From IMG/VR virus record IMGVR_UViG_3300045993_000394: a stretch of 63,700 nucleotides of DNA; one strand, written 5' to 3'. Shown here piece by piece: positions 54,801 to 63,700 of the stretch; position 1 is the first letter of the stretch; every line of letters starts with the position of its first letter. The position numbers and the translations under genes were made by a program. The notes beneath the pieces are model-generated. The model was not told the DNA's origin and did not search any database. It was given only the letters and a program-made list of their open reading frames with translations. Source of the stretch: an uncultured virus (IMG/VR IMGVR_UViG_3300045993_000394) (Duplodnaviria > Heunggongvirae > Uroviricota > Caudoviricetes).

Positions 54801-57701
54801 ATAGACGAACAGATCAATAGCATCGATGAAGTGCCTGTTACCAATACGCCAAACGCTCCTGCAGATGCTACCGGCGAACCAGAAAAAGATGAAGTGCCAG
54901 GTATTGGCGTTGGCGATGTTGTAAAATCTGAACAGCCACCGATCGCGCAAGCACCAACCGAAGAGCCGGTTGAGCAAGACGACACAGAACCAGAGGAAGC
55001 GCCGCAATCTCCAGAAGAGACTAATGCTGACATAGATAAAGTAGTTGCTGACGCATCTACTGCCGCTGCCGCTGTCATAGATGAAGAGACAATAGATGCA
55101 ATGGACTTTAGTCGCGATGAAATACGCGCCTATAGGCCATATCTGGAGTGCAGTAAGATACTTGCTCAAATACTAGACAACACGAGCAAGATAGAAATAA
55201 ACCAGACGACGAATCAATTGTCGCACAATGCAATAGTTGAACTACACAGGAAGAACGAAGAACTAATAAAGAGTGTCCCGGTTAAGATAAACGCAGCCAT
55301 AACTAGGACCAATAGCACCGAGTGGACAGAAGTAGACGCCAAGGGCAAAAAAGTAACCGTATCTTTGTCATTGAAGGCGAAGAAACTCACTGAGAAGCTT
55401 GCGTTCCTTAATGAACTCGTCAATCGTGTTCATACGTCCGTAAATAGACACATTCAGGTATCACGAGCCCGTACAGACGCCGAAGGTAATGAGATTAAAG
55501 AACAGCAGGTGATGTCTGACGGTTCGTCAAAGGCGCTAGATAGAGTCAATCTAACGCTGTTTGACATGAACCGTGCATCAGTAAAGAAAGGCACGCAGGA
55601 AGAGTTCAAGGGTATAGCGTGGGGCATTGCTGAGACAGAGAAGCAGCTTAAAGAAGTACATGTCCTTATAGCAAAGCTCAAAGAAGAAGACAGACAGAAG
55701 GGCATCGCCTTTGGATCTGAAGGCGATTGGCGCAACATCAATAAGTTTAAGAAGCTGATTGAAAAGCACATGTTCGAGGAGGCAAAACACCTCATAGACA
55801 ATGCGCTAGACGACATGGATGTGAAGAACATCATTTATCGTCGTCGCATAGAAAATGATGAAATTGACACGATGGACGCGTATGGTCGTCGTACTACTGA
55901 CGTATACGCAAAAATCGGCGGTACGCCGTCACCAGCCACGTATCGCGTCATGCGAGCTAGGCTCATAAACCGGCGTAAAGAGCTTGAAGCCGACATAGCG
56001 AACACGCTAGAAATTATGGAAGTGCATGTTGAGAATGAAGCAGAAGCGCAAATCGTTAGATCGGAACTCGATAAAGATTATGCTTCGTTGACTAAGGCCG
56101 TTGCTTCAGAGAAGGGCCTACGTTGGCGCGTAGCGCTCGATCTTGATAAAATGACGGCAGAACTCGCAGCAGCAAAATTTACATATACAGGCCAAGACTC
56201 GTTGCAAGCCAGGGCAAATGAATTTACTAAACTACAGATGTTTAGAGACACAATAACCGATGTTAGTCAGTCGGTTTATGGATCAAAGTTTGATCTGGTT
56301 CGTAGCCTGTCTATGCAATATGCAGCGAAGATGGCTGAATTGAAGGGCTGGGAATCTGGTCAGAATACAGAGTTGAGTAAAGCATCAGAAGAAAAGATTA
56401 AGAAGTCTAAAGACATGCGGCAGGCCACTCTACTTAGAAACTTTGAAGAAAACGTGTGGACTGCGCCTGAGAAGCCAGAAGATGTAGAGCCAGACAAGTG
56501 GTCTTGGAAGCCTGGGGAAACACCGCTGGATAAGTACTGGCCAGCAGGTGAGACACTTGTTGGTATGGAACGTACGCGCGACGACAACAATGAAACAACA
56601 GGCGCGAAGCCACAAAACTTTAAAAAAGACGAAGACGAGTCTAAAGTTTTGTTTGGTGGACAGCCTGGAACTAACCAGTTGTCTACTAGTAATATGAAGG
56701 GCACTGGTGATAAAGACTCTCTTGATCTAAAAAAGAACATCGAAGATGATTTTGGCATGAAGATGGATACTAAAGAGACATATCCATCAACTGCGATATC
56801 TCCAATGGAAGGCATTCAGACTGACACCAGTGTTCCAGGTGAAGGATATCGTCCGTTGAAGCCGGGTACCATTTCGCATGAAACGTATGAGTCCAATGCG
56901 ATCCTTGGTCAGATTAAACGACCAAAACTTCGAGAGATACCTCAGTACCACACGCTTGATCAGGCTACCGCTGCTGCGGCTGCGTTCTCTGACAAGGTAA
57001 TGGGCACTGTGCAGTACAAGGAAGCTATTGTAGAGTATCATCGCAACGGTAAAGACGGCATGAATTGCGATGAGCTTCGTGAAGAAAAGAACATGCCTAA
57101 TCTTGACGAAATGTCCAAGCAGTGCACCGTCAGTAAAGAGTGTGGATCTAAGGTTTGCCAGTGCAAGTGCCATACACTGAAAGAGAACAAGAAGATAAAC
57201 AAAGACTATCTTGGTAACAACTTTATTCAGCGTGGTGAACCATTCCACACGTTGCTGCCGTATCCTATCTATAAAAAGCTTACGCACAAGTTCTCGCACG
57301 ATGGCATTCCAACTGCGCGTACTGGCATAGATAATCATCAGCATTTTGCATGGGACGTATTAACGTATGAAGAGTTGACTGTTGCGTATAACACGTTTGC
57401 CATTGGCGTAAATAAGTTGGCTAGCATCATAGAGCGCGATACGCAAATAACTGACGCATATGCGCTAATGCACAAAAAAGAGCCAATGACTGAAGTGCAG
57501 AAACGCAACAAGGAAGCACTCGATAGCATCACGAAGATCAAAGGTCTGTTGGATCCGGTTGTATCCGGCGTTGATGGAGACATGGCTCTAAGCGTACAAC
57601 CACGTCCAGGCGACGGTAAGATGACACCGCCGCCGCGTAAAGCATATAAGTTTATTATCAACGCTGCCATCGCAAAGATAGCGTCGCGGGTTAAGAACTA
57701 A
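51807..57701 (+). CDS. Giant 1,964 aa protein, probable virion component
   Basis: Intact ORF; Pro/Ala-rich N-terminus; RTA/KIA motifs near both ends. Confidence 0.8.
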   Translation: MKIVDTFARAPVASSTSRVTRDSIRTAVDDSAYLIDALSTHMDKLAQAEPAAPGAAALPPGMPPMPGAAPPAPAAPAAPEAPPAPPEEEKPVNTDTSYDELFNKATESSAATTDALAAIKQKVEEGDIKDVANGTELTQTPDKPSNSNTSVQPGATPVASAAAIHGSTRMGSVAPIHANMRTAAPDPDPKAAPAPKPKVDFKQKLKDMAGTPGNVLQYEKSVAPATDSSVAPAAPADPLQYGTGSAPTGWSWIEDRRAIQWNKNQESPGARLEVVDGVKKIYKTLQGDLVKARSDGNKIVWDLIESTGTWIPPEPNHTEKKPAGLPPFDEMCPSPLVAKRIFALVRSGQIDKIDELRAKKDELGEKFVDVVRKQSSSLYMYAPDPIKPDKKEQSALYKAIIDEVKRRKLAGESLSTDPKFKVKPTTNKDTKQNQGKIKRQIAPSTLIRRLGRISRLFGISKMKVSGRHGGFAEKRFKELCADSATKKYMYDSYGVPKYDSLKDFIERGVSDSNQLIAAEAIKMRDGLNADINVGIRTILDAVYGVVKPKDPKAKRDPKKKNVWGGDKNQEHEDILNYMDTEHFLRAMMKRDTWRPVQDNYSSGKEIEAINFQRMALDSIKLKPEHFYKKWADTESTTYEDWFKNVFVNMMPSYKSAARDLYKNYRATVRAQHKTIKRRPDHAPDANIEEREGKDSLPFDKWVEQHYGTLDLWENGVKEYEAVSNQLEDIAPGLSVSGDYIKRQAENIIRHSGNNMLVGKFDVETGQPIEEGIPEGYKKKKDINEELYLKLDKIAREINTGPDRYVTGTYQHQTVVMSKIIDHHKASDYNFWLAFLQHANSERERLIGDQIIQDFKPIKEADIRRLQDEVRTLEQQLDNAKKEATFTDEESPENRGSIKYAKSILNSIRRKNVALNHYGIIQHLRHEIAALEVEQKEIETHISRNDAAYEAGKDVKVVPPAVIDEIKTAGASLFKLAIEEDPDEEVDNEEPAIDEDEEEIDEQINSIDEVPVTNTPNAPADATGEPEKDEVPGIGVGDVVKSEQPPIAQAPTEEPVEQDDTEPEEAPQSPEETNADIDKVVADASTAAAAVIDEETIDAMDFSRDEIRAYRPYLECSKILAQILDNTSKIEINQTTNQLSHNAIVELHRKNEELIKSVPVKINAAITRTNSTEWTEVDAKGKKVTVSLSLKAKKLTEKLAFLNELVNRVHTSVNRHIQVSRARTDAEGNEIKEQQVMSDGSSKALDRVNLTLFDMNRASVKKGTQEEFKGIAWGIAETEKQLKEVHVLIAKLKEEDRQKGIAFGSEGDWRNINKFKKLIEKHMFEEAKHLIDNALDDMDVKNIIYRRRIENDEIDTMDAYGRRTTDVYAKIGGTPSPATYRVMRARLINRRKELEADIANTLEIMEVHVENEAEAQIVRSELDKDYASLTKAVASEKGLRWRVALDLDKMTAELAAAKFTYTGQDSLQARANEFTKLQMFRDTITDVSQSVYGSKFDLVRSLSMQYAAKMAELKGWESGQNTELSKASEEKIKKSKDMRQATLLRNFEENVWTAPEKPEDVEPDKWSWKPGETPLDKYWPAGETLVGMERTRDDNNETTGAKPQNFKKDEDESKVLFGGQPGTNQLSTSNMKGTGDKDSLDLKKNIEDDFGMKMDTKETYPSTAISPMEGIQTDTSVPGEGYRPLKPGTISHETYESNAILGQIKRPKLREIPQYHTLDQATAAAAAFSDKVMGTVQYKEAIVEYHRNGKDGMNCDELREEKNMPNLDEMSKQCTVSKECGSKVCQCKCHTLKENKKINKDYLGNNFIQRGEPFHTLLPYPIYKKLTHKFSHDGIPTARTGIDNHQHFAWDVLTYEELTVAYNTFAIGVNKLASIIERDTQITDAYALMHKKEPMTEVQKRNKEALDSITKIKGLLDPVVSGVDGDMALSVQPRPGDGKMTPPPRKAYKFIINAAIAKIASRVKN

Positions 57702-57702
57702 T

Positions 57703-58569
57703 ATGGTTTGCGAAACTTGTAATCGCGACCATGGACAAGAGATTGGCAACTGTCGTTGCCCGTGTCACCAGTATGGCCGTAGCGTTATTGACACCACAAT
57801 ACACGAACAAGGTGAATCAATGGGTCACGATAAGATATCTATGTTGCGTGAAATAGCAAAAGAAGCAAATGTACAGGCTACCGATGACGATCTGATTAAG
57901 ATTAGCGACAATTGGCCTAAGATAGCTACGCGTGGCAATTTTGTTAGGTGGGCGCGTGAAGGCGGCGACATCAAGATAGCGCCTAATCAGATGGTTGAAA
58001 TGCTTGTTGAAGCGAGCATCGATGACCATAAGCTGTCTCGATATCTGAATAAGATTATTATTCGCGCGTTGCGTAACCATTCGGGTGCGATAGCTCTTCT
58101 TGAACCGAAACGCCAAAAAGACATCTTGATGGCAGCCATCCGTACGCCGGGTGGTGGTAGATTTGCTCGTTCTATTGCGCTTCTGTGGGCAAAGAAGCTG
58201 AACAATAAGAGCACCAGCAAGAATAAGAAAGCCAACGGCGACACAATACCGCGCATCGCTGCAGACAGAACGAATATAAAACACCAGCATCACATAAACT
58301 TTCAACACAACGCGCCAGAACGCTACGGTACATATACAACACTTGAAGTAACTTGGGATCCAGATGACGTTAGTGACTCAACAGGTAGTGAATCAATTAA
58401 GCAACATATCGTATCGTATATAAAGGCACTTGCTTCAAATCCAGAAGCTTATAACTTCGGCGTTATTGGCCGGGTAACCATTGAGGATATCGATGTCCAA
58501 GCTGGAGTCGCAACAGTCAGATTCAATTCAAGCGTCGGACCCAAAACTTGGGTCAACCCAGAAAATTGA
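57703..58569 (+). CDS. Hypothetical protein (start may be 57820)
   Basis: KIA/RIA motifs; co-oriented. Confidence 0.7.
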   Translation: MVCETCNRDHGQEIGNCRCPCHQYGRSVIDTTIHEQGESMGHDKISMLREIAKEANVQATDDDLIKISDNWPKIATRGNFVRWAREGGDIKIAPNQMVEMLVEASIDDHKLSRYLNKIIIRALRNHSGAIALLEPKRQKDILMAAIRTPGGGRFARSIALLWAKKLNNKSTSKNKKANGDTIPRIAADRTNIKHQHHINFQHNAPERYGTYTTLEVTWDPDDVSDSTGSESIKQHIVSYIKALASNPEAYNFGVIGRVTIEDIDVQAGVATVRFNSSVGPKTWVNPEN

Positions 58570-58670
58570 AGAGATTTACTACGACCCAGATGATGCAGAT
58601 AATAGCTGGGAAGATAGTGCATATGATACAATAGTTGCAAACGAAGTTTACAAAACACAGACGGGAAGAC

Positions 58671-59531
58671 ATGCAGGATGACGCAGTAACGCCAGAGCCT
58701 GTACCGCCTGAACCAGCGACGCCCGGTGTTGTGCCGCCGCATGTGTTCACGGCAATGCTTAAGAAGAAAGACATAAAGTTTCAATTTAGATGTAAGATCT
58801 GCATTTACTTAAAGACAAATCCAGCTATTTACGACATGATCCACAACGCAGTGTTGCGTGATCATTTTTCATATTCGGCTACGATAGCTTACATAAATAA
58901 GTATCTTGCAGATAACGACATAGATTTGCCGCCGCTAAACTTAGTAAACTTTTCAACGCACTTTAAGATGCACGTATCGCCAGAGACTGCGGGTATCATA
59001 GCAGCCAAAGGTTGCGACATAGTAACGACAGCTATTCAGAAGGCAAATCCAGGTAATAAGACTCTTGCTTCAGTAGCGCAGAGCATTCAAGACTCTGGGT
59101 CTGAACAAGACGACTTTAAGAACATGGATGACGTGCGTAAGAAGATTACGCAGGTCATGGAAGTATTGCATTCTCAGCTTGAAGAAGTAGACGTAGATGG
59201 TCAGCTTAAATTAAATAGAGTAAGTGTTGAGTTATTTATTCGTCTGATATCTGAAGTTAGAGCATGCATAGCTGAACTGTCTAAGATGCGCCAATCAGAA
59301 AAACTGATGCGCATGGTTGTTCAGACTATTATAGATAAAGTACAGCTATCTATCGCGCCGCAGCTAATAGACGAATTTGCTGTCATAGCAGAAGAGCTTA
59401 AAGAAATAGGTTTAGATAGTGAAACTATAACAAAGATAGATAACAGACTTAGAAGTAGAACTGCGCATATTATAGCTACAACTTCAAGATCTGCCGTTCA
59501 TGACGTGCAACGTAAGTTCAAGCTAGCTTAG
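58671..59531 (+). CDS. CxxC...H..H zinc/HTH-like protein with helical tail
   Basis: RCKIC...FSYSATI...STHFKMH; small-terminase-like layout is only a guess. Confidence 0.6.
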   Translation: MQDDAVTPEPVPPEPATPGVVPPHVFTAMLKKKDIKFQFRCKICIYLKTNPAIYDMIHNAVLRDHFSYSATIAYINKYLADNDIDLPPLNLVNFSTHFKMHVSPETAGIIAAKGCDIVTTAIQKANPGNKTLASVAQSIQDSGSEQDDFKNMDDVRKKITQVMEVLHSQLEEVDVDGQLKLNRVSVELFIRLISEVRACIAELSKMRQSEKLMRMVVQTIIDKVQLSIAPQLIDEFAVIAEELKEIGLDSETITKIDNRLRSRTAHIIATTSRSAVHDVQRKFKLA

Positions 59532-59570
59532 TACCATAATAGTCTAACTTTTTAATTATTTAAGTAGACC

Positions 59571-60626
59571 ATGCCAATACATCACAAAATAGCTAGCGCT
59601 CTGTTCACCAAGTACCCAGACGTGCTGAACAGAAGCGCTGCTAGTCTGCCGCTTACTGTTGGCGACCGTGTTATAGACGCAGGTTATATATCTGCGCCAG
59701 TACACGTACCAGATGGACATGGCGTCATAGTAAAGATGCATAAACGCATCGCGTCAGTTCGTTGGGACGACGGTTCAGAAACAGATACTGACATTGACAA
59801 CATACGTCGCGTAAAAGCCAAGTACGTGCAGCAGCCCCATGACACAGCTTATTCGATCCCAAGATTTAGCGCGAATGATCGTGTAATACTTGGCAACGGT
59901 GAACACGGTAAGATTCTTGAAGAAGTAACCGGCCCAACCGGTTTCAAGTCGTTTAGAGTAGAGATTTTACAGTCAAAAGGCTCAAATAGACCCGGCCTGC
60001 GTGTATTTGCTACGCAGAATGGCATGGTTAAGGCAGCAAGCATTTCACAGTCAGACGTAGTTGTGTCGGTTCGTGACGAATCCGGACAGACAATGGGCGT
60101 TGTTGCTTGCGACTTGGCTGTTTCAGACAGAGAGCAGTCAGTTGGTTTGCAGAAGTATTCAAGCCTGCCAACAGATCGTGGAATGCTATTTCCATATGAT
60201 CCGCCACGTAAAGTGCAGTTTCATATGGCCAATGTACAGTTTCCAATAGACATACTATTTGTAAATGGTCAAGGCGTCATATCTGATATAGAGCATTGGG
60301 TAGATCCAGGCTCTACGCAGAAGTACGCTTCTTCTTCAAGAAGTGCCGCTGTTCTTGAAGTTGTGGCTGGATGGACAAAGGCTCGCAATATAGCACCTGG
60401 ATACACAGTTTCAATAAAGACTATAAAGAACGCCGCTGAAACATACAGCCCAGCAGACCAGAATCAGAATTTTGATCCGTCAAATCACGATCTTGGTGGC
60501 GGTATGAATACTGGTGTCCCAGGCTCACCGGGTAAAGACATAATGTCGCCAGATGCCACAGACTCGTCTTCTGGCATCGGATTTGATCCTTCAAGTACGC
60601 CATCTTCTGTTGTTACTAATAAGTAG
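59571..60626 (+). CDS. DUF192-domain protein with two N-terminal SH3/KOW-like repeats
   Basis: EQSVGLQ...RGMLF...FHMANVQFPIDILFV...AVLEVVAG; VGDRV and ANDRV repeats. Confidence 0.85.
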   Translation: MPIHHKIASALFTKYPDVLNRSAASLPLTVGDRVIDAGYISAPVHVPDGHGVIVKMHKRIASVRWDDGSETDTDIDNIRRVKAKYVQQPHDTAYSIPRFSANDRVILGNGEHGKILEEVTGPTGFKSFRVEILQSKGSNRPGLRVFATQNGMVKAASISQSDVVVSVRDESGQTMGVVACDLAVSDREQSVGLQKYSSLPTDRGMLFPYDPPRKVQFHMANVQFPIDILFVNGQGVISDIEHWVDPGSTQKYASSSRSAAVLEVVAGWTKARNIAPGYTVSIKTIKNAAETYSPADQNQNFDPSNHDLGGGMNTGVPGSPGKDIMSPDATDSSSGIGFDPSSTPSSVVTNK

Positions 60627-60634
60627 AGGATAAA

Positions 60635-63505
60635 ATGTTTACCAATAAGCGTAAAGCGCGTCTTGAGATCATTAAGTCCGCTACCGGTTCTATCGGCATT
60701 GGTAAATTTGCACGCGGTCTTCTGCACGATTTGTCTCATCGCGACAGCGATGATCAGGATCCCGTTACTGTACACACTGCTTCAATGAACGCCATCCACA
60801 CTGTACGCGAAGTAATGGCGAATTACACGTGGACAGCGCAGCCCAAGTATCGCATTGGTACTAAAAATGTACACGTACGCCATGGCCAGAAAGAGCTTAA
60901 TGATGGCGTTATAAACGTCATTGGTGAACTGCGTACACCAACTTCAGTACGAGTTACGTTTGACGTGCCTGTCCAGATACACGAAGGCAAGATGCTTGAG
61001 CCTTCTGTTATGTTTATAGAAGGTACTCCACACATCATTTCTCAGTCTGCCATTTCGAATCTGATTGGCAATAGTACGTCATTCGGAATTGTTGCTGAAA
61101 AGCCGACTTATTCAGGTCGGTTTGCTGAGAAACCACGCCACCAGGAACGCAAGTTCAATGGCTTATTTAGCACCGCATCCGCTAAGCAAGCACTGCGCGA
61201 CATGATCCACACGCACGGTACTAAGGTAGCTTGTACCGACGCCGACGATGGCGACCGTGAAGTAAACGAGAAACTTTCTGTTGGTAGCGACGTAACTTTG
61301 TCTAAAGTTGTACAACTTAAAACTCGCGGCGGCGGCACTGTAGAAATCAAGAAAGGCACGTCAGGTAAAGTGATTCGAGATATGGACGGCGCAGGTCGTG
61401 AGCTTGCCATTCGTCTTGAGGACGGCAAAACTATTGTCGTCAACACAAAGTTCTTGAAGCAGGGAGCAGGGCCGGTTGTTCCGCCGCCACCTGTTGATGT
61501 AGACATGGGCGATGCTACGCCGGATGAGACTCCTGTGTCTGGTAAGACACCTGGGGACACCAGCACACGTAGCACGTTTGTTGACGTTAAAAAAAAAGTT
61601 AGTACCCCAGACCGTAAGAAATTCTTAAATAAACTACACAACACAACGATGTCCGATATGGCTAGCACCTTTATATCGGACATCGATTTGCTCTCTTATG
61701 CCACAAGCAGAATGAGCAAGATCTTATTGCCAAAGCTTGTAGAGCTTAAAAGAGAAGCACTCAACGACGAAACCTTTACAGAAGAAAAGTTTGTTGGTGA
61801 GTTAAAGAATTTTATTCTTTCGCACAAAAATAGCAAGAGCGATATATCTGATGCGCTGGCTGTGTCTGAAAAGTCAGGCGACGAAATCAAGTTCATGTTC
61901 TTGGATGAAGTTATTCGCAATGAATCCAAGCATGGTTATAACGCAGATAGCGCAACTAAGAATAAGAACGTTGACGATCTTAGAGAAATACTTGATATTG
62001 TATCAAAGGTACTGCATCCAGGCGGAGCTAAGGCGTTTGAATCAAGTCACGTTTATAACGCCATAATGAGCTACGCATATACAAAGTACAAGAGTGCAAT
62101 GAGTAAAGAGTACGACACAGATAAAGGATTTACACCCATAGACACTAGGTCTGTTACTAGACCTCTAAGATTTGTCATCGACGGTGTACGTACTGTAGCT
62201 GAAGAACTACAAGAGAAAGCTATTACTGAGAAAAGCACCGAGCACGTACACGACATAACAAAGATGAAAGAGCTTATTCAAGCTCTTGCTCCTTATAAGC
62301 ATTCAGGTACGCCGGGTAAGGTTCATGACGTTGTGGACTTAGCTAAGAACATATCCGATCAGCCAGACGGTCTTATGTCTGGCACCACAATGGGCACACA
62401 GAATACGCCAAGCAACAAAAAGATCAAAGGCGTTCCGGATGGTCAGCTTAAGCAACCGGGTGTAAGCGTAGTGCCCGGTGATCTTATGGGCGGACCGAAG
62501 AATACCGGTGCTAACATCCCGAACTGGGAAGCGCCACTAACTAATTTTACTGTTACACCAGAAACGAAAGAATCTAAATTCAATCGCGTGTATACCGCTC
62601 AGTCAAAGCCAGACGGTAAGCCACAAGCGTCTTATAGAATCTATTCTTACACCAATAACTTATTCAATACAGTTAAGCACAGCAACGTTGAGTTGCCCGT
62701 GTTGAAAGAAATAGCAAACGCACTGCTTTATGCTAAAAAATATTTCATGACACAGAAGGAACCCATAACCGTACCGCAAGATGAGCTTGCTAGCGACGTA
62801 TATACTAAGCTTGAAGAAGCAAAAAGTAAGATAGACGAATCTGTACCGGTCTATGACGATCTAGATACACTGTCGCGAGCAATAGCTTCTATAGAAGGCA
62901 CAGAAGACGACGGAACAGAAAAACTTAAATTGTATAAGGCTGCGCTGCGTAAGCAGGGCGAACATATACTTGTTCAATATGAAAATATAGTGCCTAGTGG
63001 CATTGGCAGCACACTAGGTAAATACAGCAAAGAAAAAGATCGTGAAGTAAGGGTTAGATTTTATGCGTTTCAAGACTTGAATGTTGGCGGTAATAAAGTG
63101 GTTACTCCACTTGGATACGAATTTAGCTCTGTAGAAAAAGCCGCAGGTGCCTGCTTGAATGCATATAGAGAAGAAGCAAATAAGGTGCATGCTGACACCA
63201 TGGCACAGAACAGATCAAAGAACGATATAATAAAAGAAAGAAAGAACGAAGGAGCACGTGAACGTATGAAGCAAGAAGAAGCTGAACGTAATAGAACAGG
63301 CCCGTCTGCTGTTGATGTACTGAGAAGAAATCGCAAAGGTAATCTACAGTCAACCTACAAAACCATTGTTGCAAGCGCCATAAAAGAAATGACCAAAAAG
63401 ATAACAGACGACAATGTTAAAGATATAGCAAGCGCGCACGATGGAGATGAAGATGCTATCAACGCGGCGAAGGCTGCACAAGGCGCAGAAAAAGCCGGAT
63501 TATAA
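60635..63505 (+). CDS. 956 aa probable virion protein
   Basis: GAGG SD; beta-rich N-terminal region with SH3-like segment; KSA/HTA/KVA motifs. Confidence 0.78.
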   Translation: MFTNKRKARLEIIKSATGSIGIGKFARGLLHDLSHRDSDDQDPVTVHTASMNAIHTVREVMANYTWTAQPKYRIGTKNVHVRHGQKELNDGVINVIGELRTPTSVRVTFDVPVQIHEGKMLEPSVMFIEGTPHIISQSAISNLIGNSTSFGIVAEKPTYSGRFAEKPRHQERKFNGLFSTASAKQALRDMIHTHGTKVACTDADDGDREVNEKLSVGSDVTLSKVVQLKTRGGGTVEIKKGTSGKVIRDMDGAGRELAIRLEDGKTIVVNTKFLKQGAGPVVPPPPVDVDMGDATPDETPVSGKTPGDTSTRSTFVDVKKKVSTPDRKKFLNKLHNTTMSDMASTFISDIDLLSYATSRMSKILLPKLVELKREALNDETFTEEKFVGELKNFILSHKNSKSDISDALAVSEKSGDEIKFMFLDEVIRNESKHGYNADSATKNKNVDDLREILDIVSKVLHPGGAKAFESSHVYNAIMSYAYTKYKSAMSKEYDTDKGFTPIDTRSVTRPLRFVIDGVRTVAEELQEKAITEKSTEHVHDITKMKELIQALAPYKHSGTPGKVHDVVDLAKNISDQPDGLMSGTTMGTQNTPSNKKIKGVPDGQLKQPGVSVVPGDLMGGPKNTGANIPNWEAPLTNFTVTPETKESKFNRVYTAQSKPDGKPQASYRIYSYTNNLFNTVKHSNVELPVLKEIANALLYAKKYFMTQKEPITVPQDELASDVYTKLEEAKSKIDESVPVYDDLDTLSRAIASIEGTEDDGTEKLKLYKAALRKQGEHILVQYENIVPSGIGSTLGKYSKEKDREVRVRFYAFQDLNVGGNKVVTPLGYEFSSVEKAAGACLNAYREEANKVHADTMAQNRSKNDIIKERKNEGARERMKQEEAERNRTGPSAVDVLRRNRKGNLQSTYKTIVASAIKEMTKKITDDNVKDIASAHDGDEDAINAAKAAQGAEKAGL

Positions 63506-63540
63506 TTAATTTTATCTTTGCTTTATTGTATTAACAACGT

Positions 63541-63700
63541 ATGAAGAATGTCAACACAGACGATTTAGATGACGACTATACATTAGACAATTACGTAACT
63601 GACCACGATCTACGCGTACAGCAAGCATTTGGTTTAGCCCCACCACCAGAAGAATCAAACGTAGATTTGCGTTGGGTGCGTATTCCAGCACCCAACGCAA
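63541..63700 (+). CDS. Partial ORF running off the window end
   Basis: MKNVNTDDLDDDY..., open to the end. Confidence 0.5.
   Translation, partial: MKNVNTDDLDDDYTLDNYVTDHDLRVQQAFGLAPPPEESNVDLRWVRIPAPNA

Noticed and set aside
41129..57701. Virion RNA polymerase or tape-measure identity for the giant ORFs
   Set aside because: No DxDGD-type or other polymerase motif and no tape-measure periodicity recognised by eye; needs profile searches

Overview
The window looks like a 63.7 kb piece of a large (jumbo-type) dsDNA phage genome. It has no cellular housekeeping operons, and most ORFs are densely packed and unassignable. Positions 1-34,545 are almost all minus-strand. They carry a MoxR-type AAA ATPase with a DUF2201/vWA metallopeptidase, an ATP-dependent DNA ligase, a deaminase-fold protein, a metallophosphoesterase, and stand-alone WGR, ClpX-zinc-finger and L7/L12-like domains. 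They also carry tRNA-Ile(UAU), tRNA-Leu(CAA) and an aberrant tRNA-like RNA. A visibly GC-rich block (~22.9-34.07 kb) consists of small genes, many preceded by a recurring hairpin + TAT(A/G/T)A element. From 34,558 genes are plus-strand and AT-rich: an M14-like peptidase, a DUF192 protein and giant 950-2,200 aa proteins dotted with [KR]-[TIV]-A motifs (probably processed virion proteins). The most striking unexplained systems are (1) eight Ser/Arg/Gly-rich micropeptides sharing an MM(L/I/T)P leader around one Sm-fold-like gene, (2) about 18 diverged paralogs of a ~70 aa His-CxxC-DC(D/E)EA-WL zinc-finger-like protein, and (3) the hairpin-led gene cassettes. All assignments are by eye from motifs; no searches were run.
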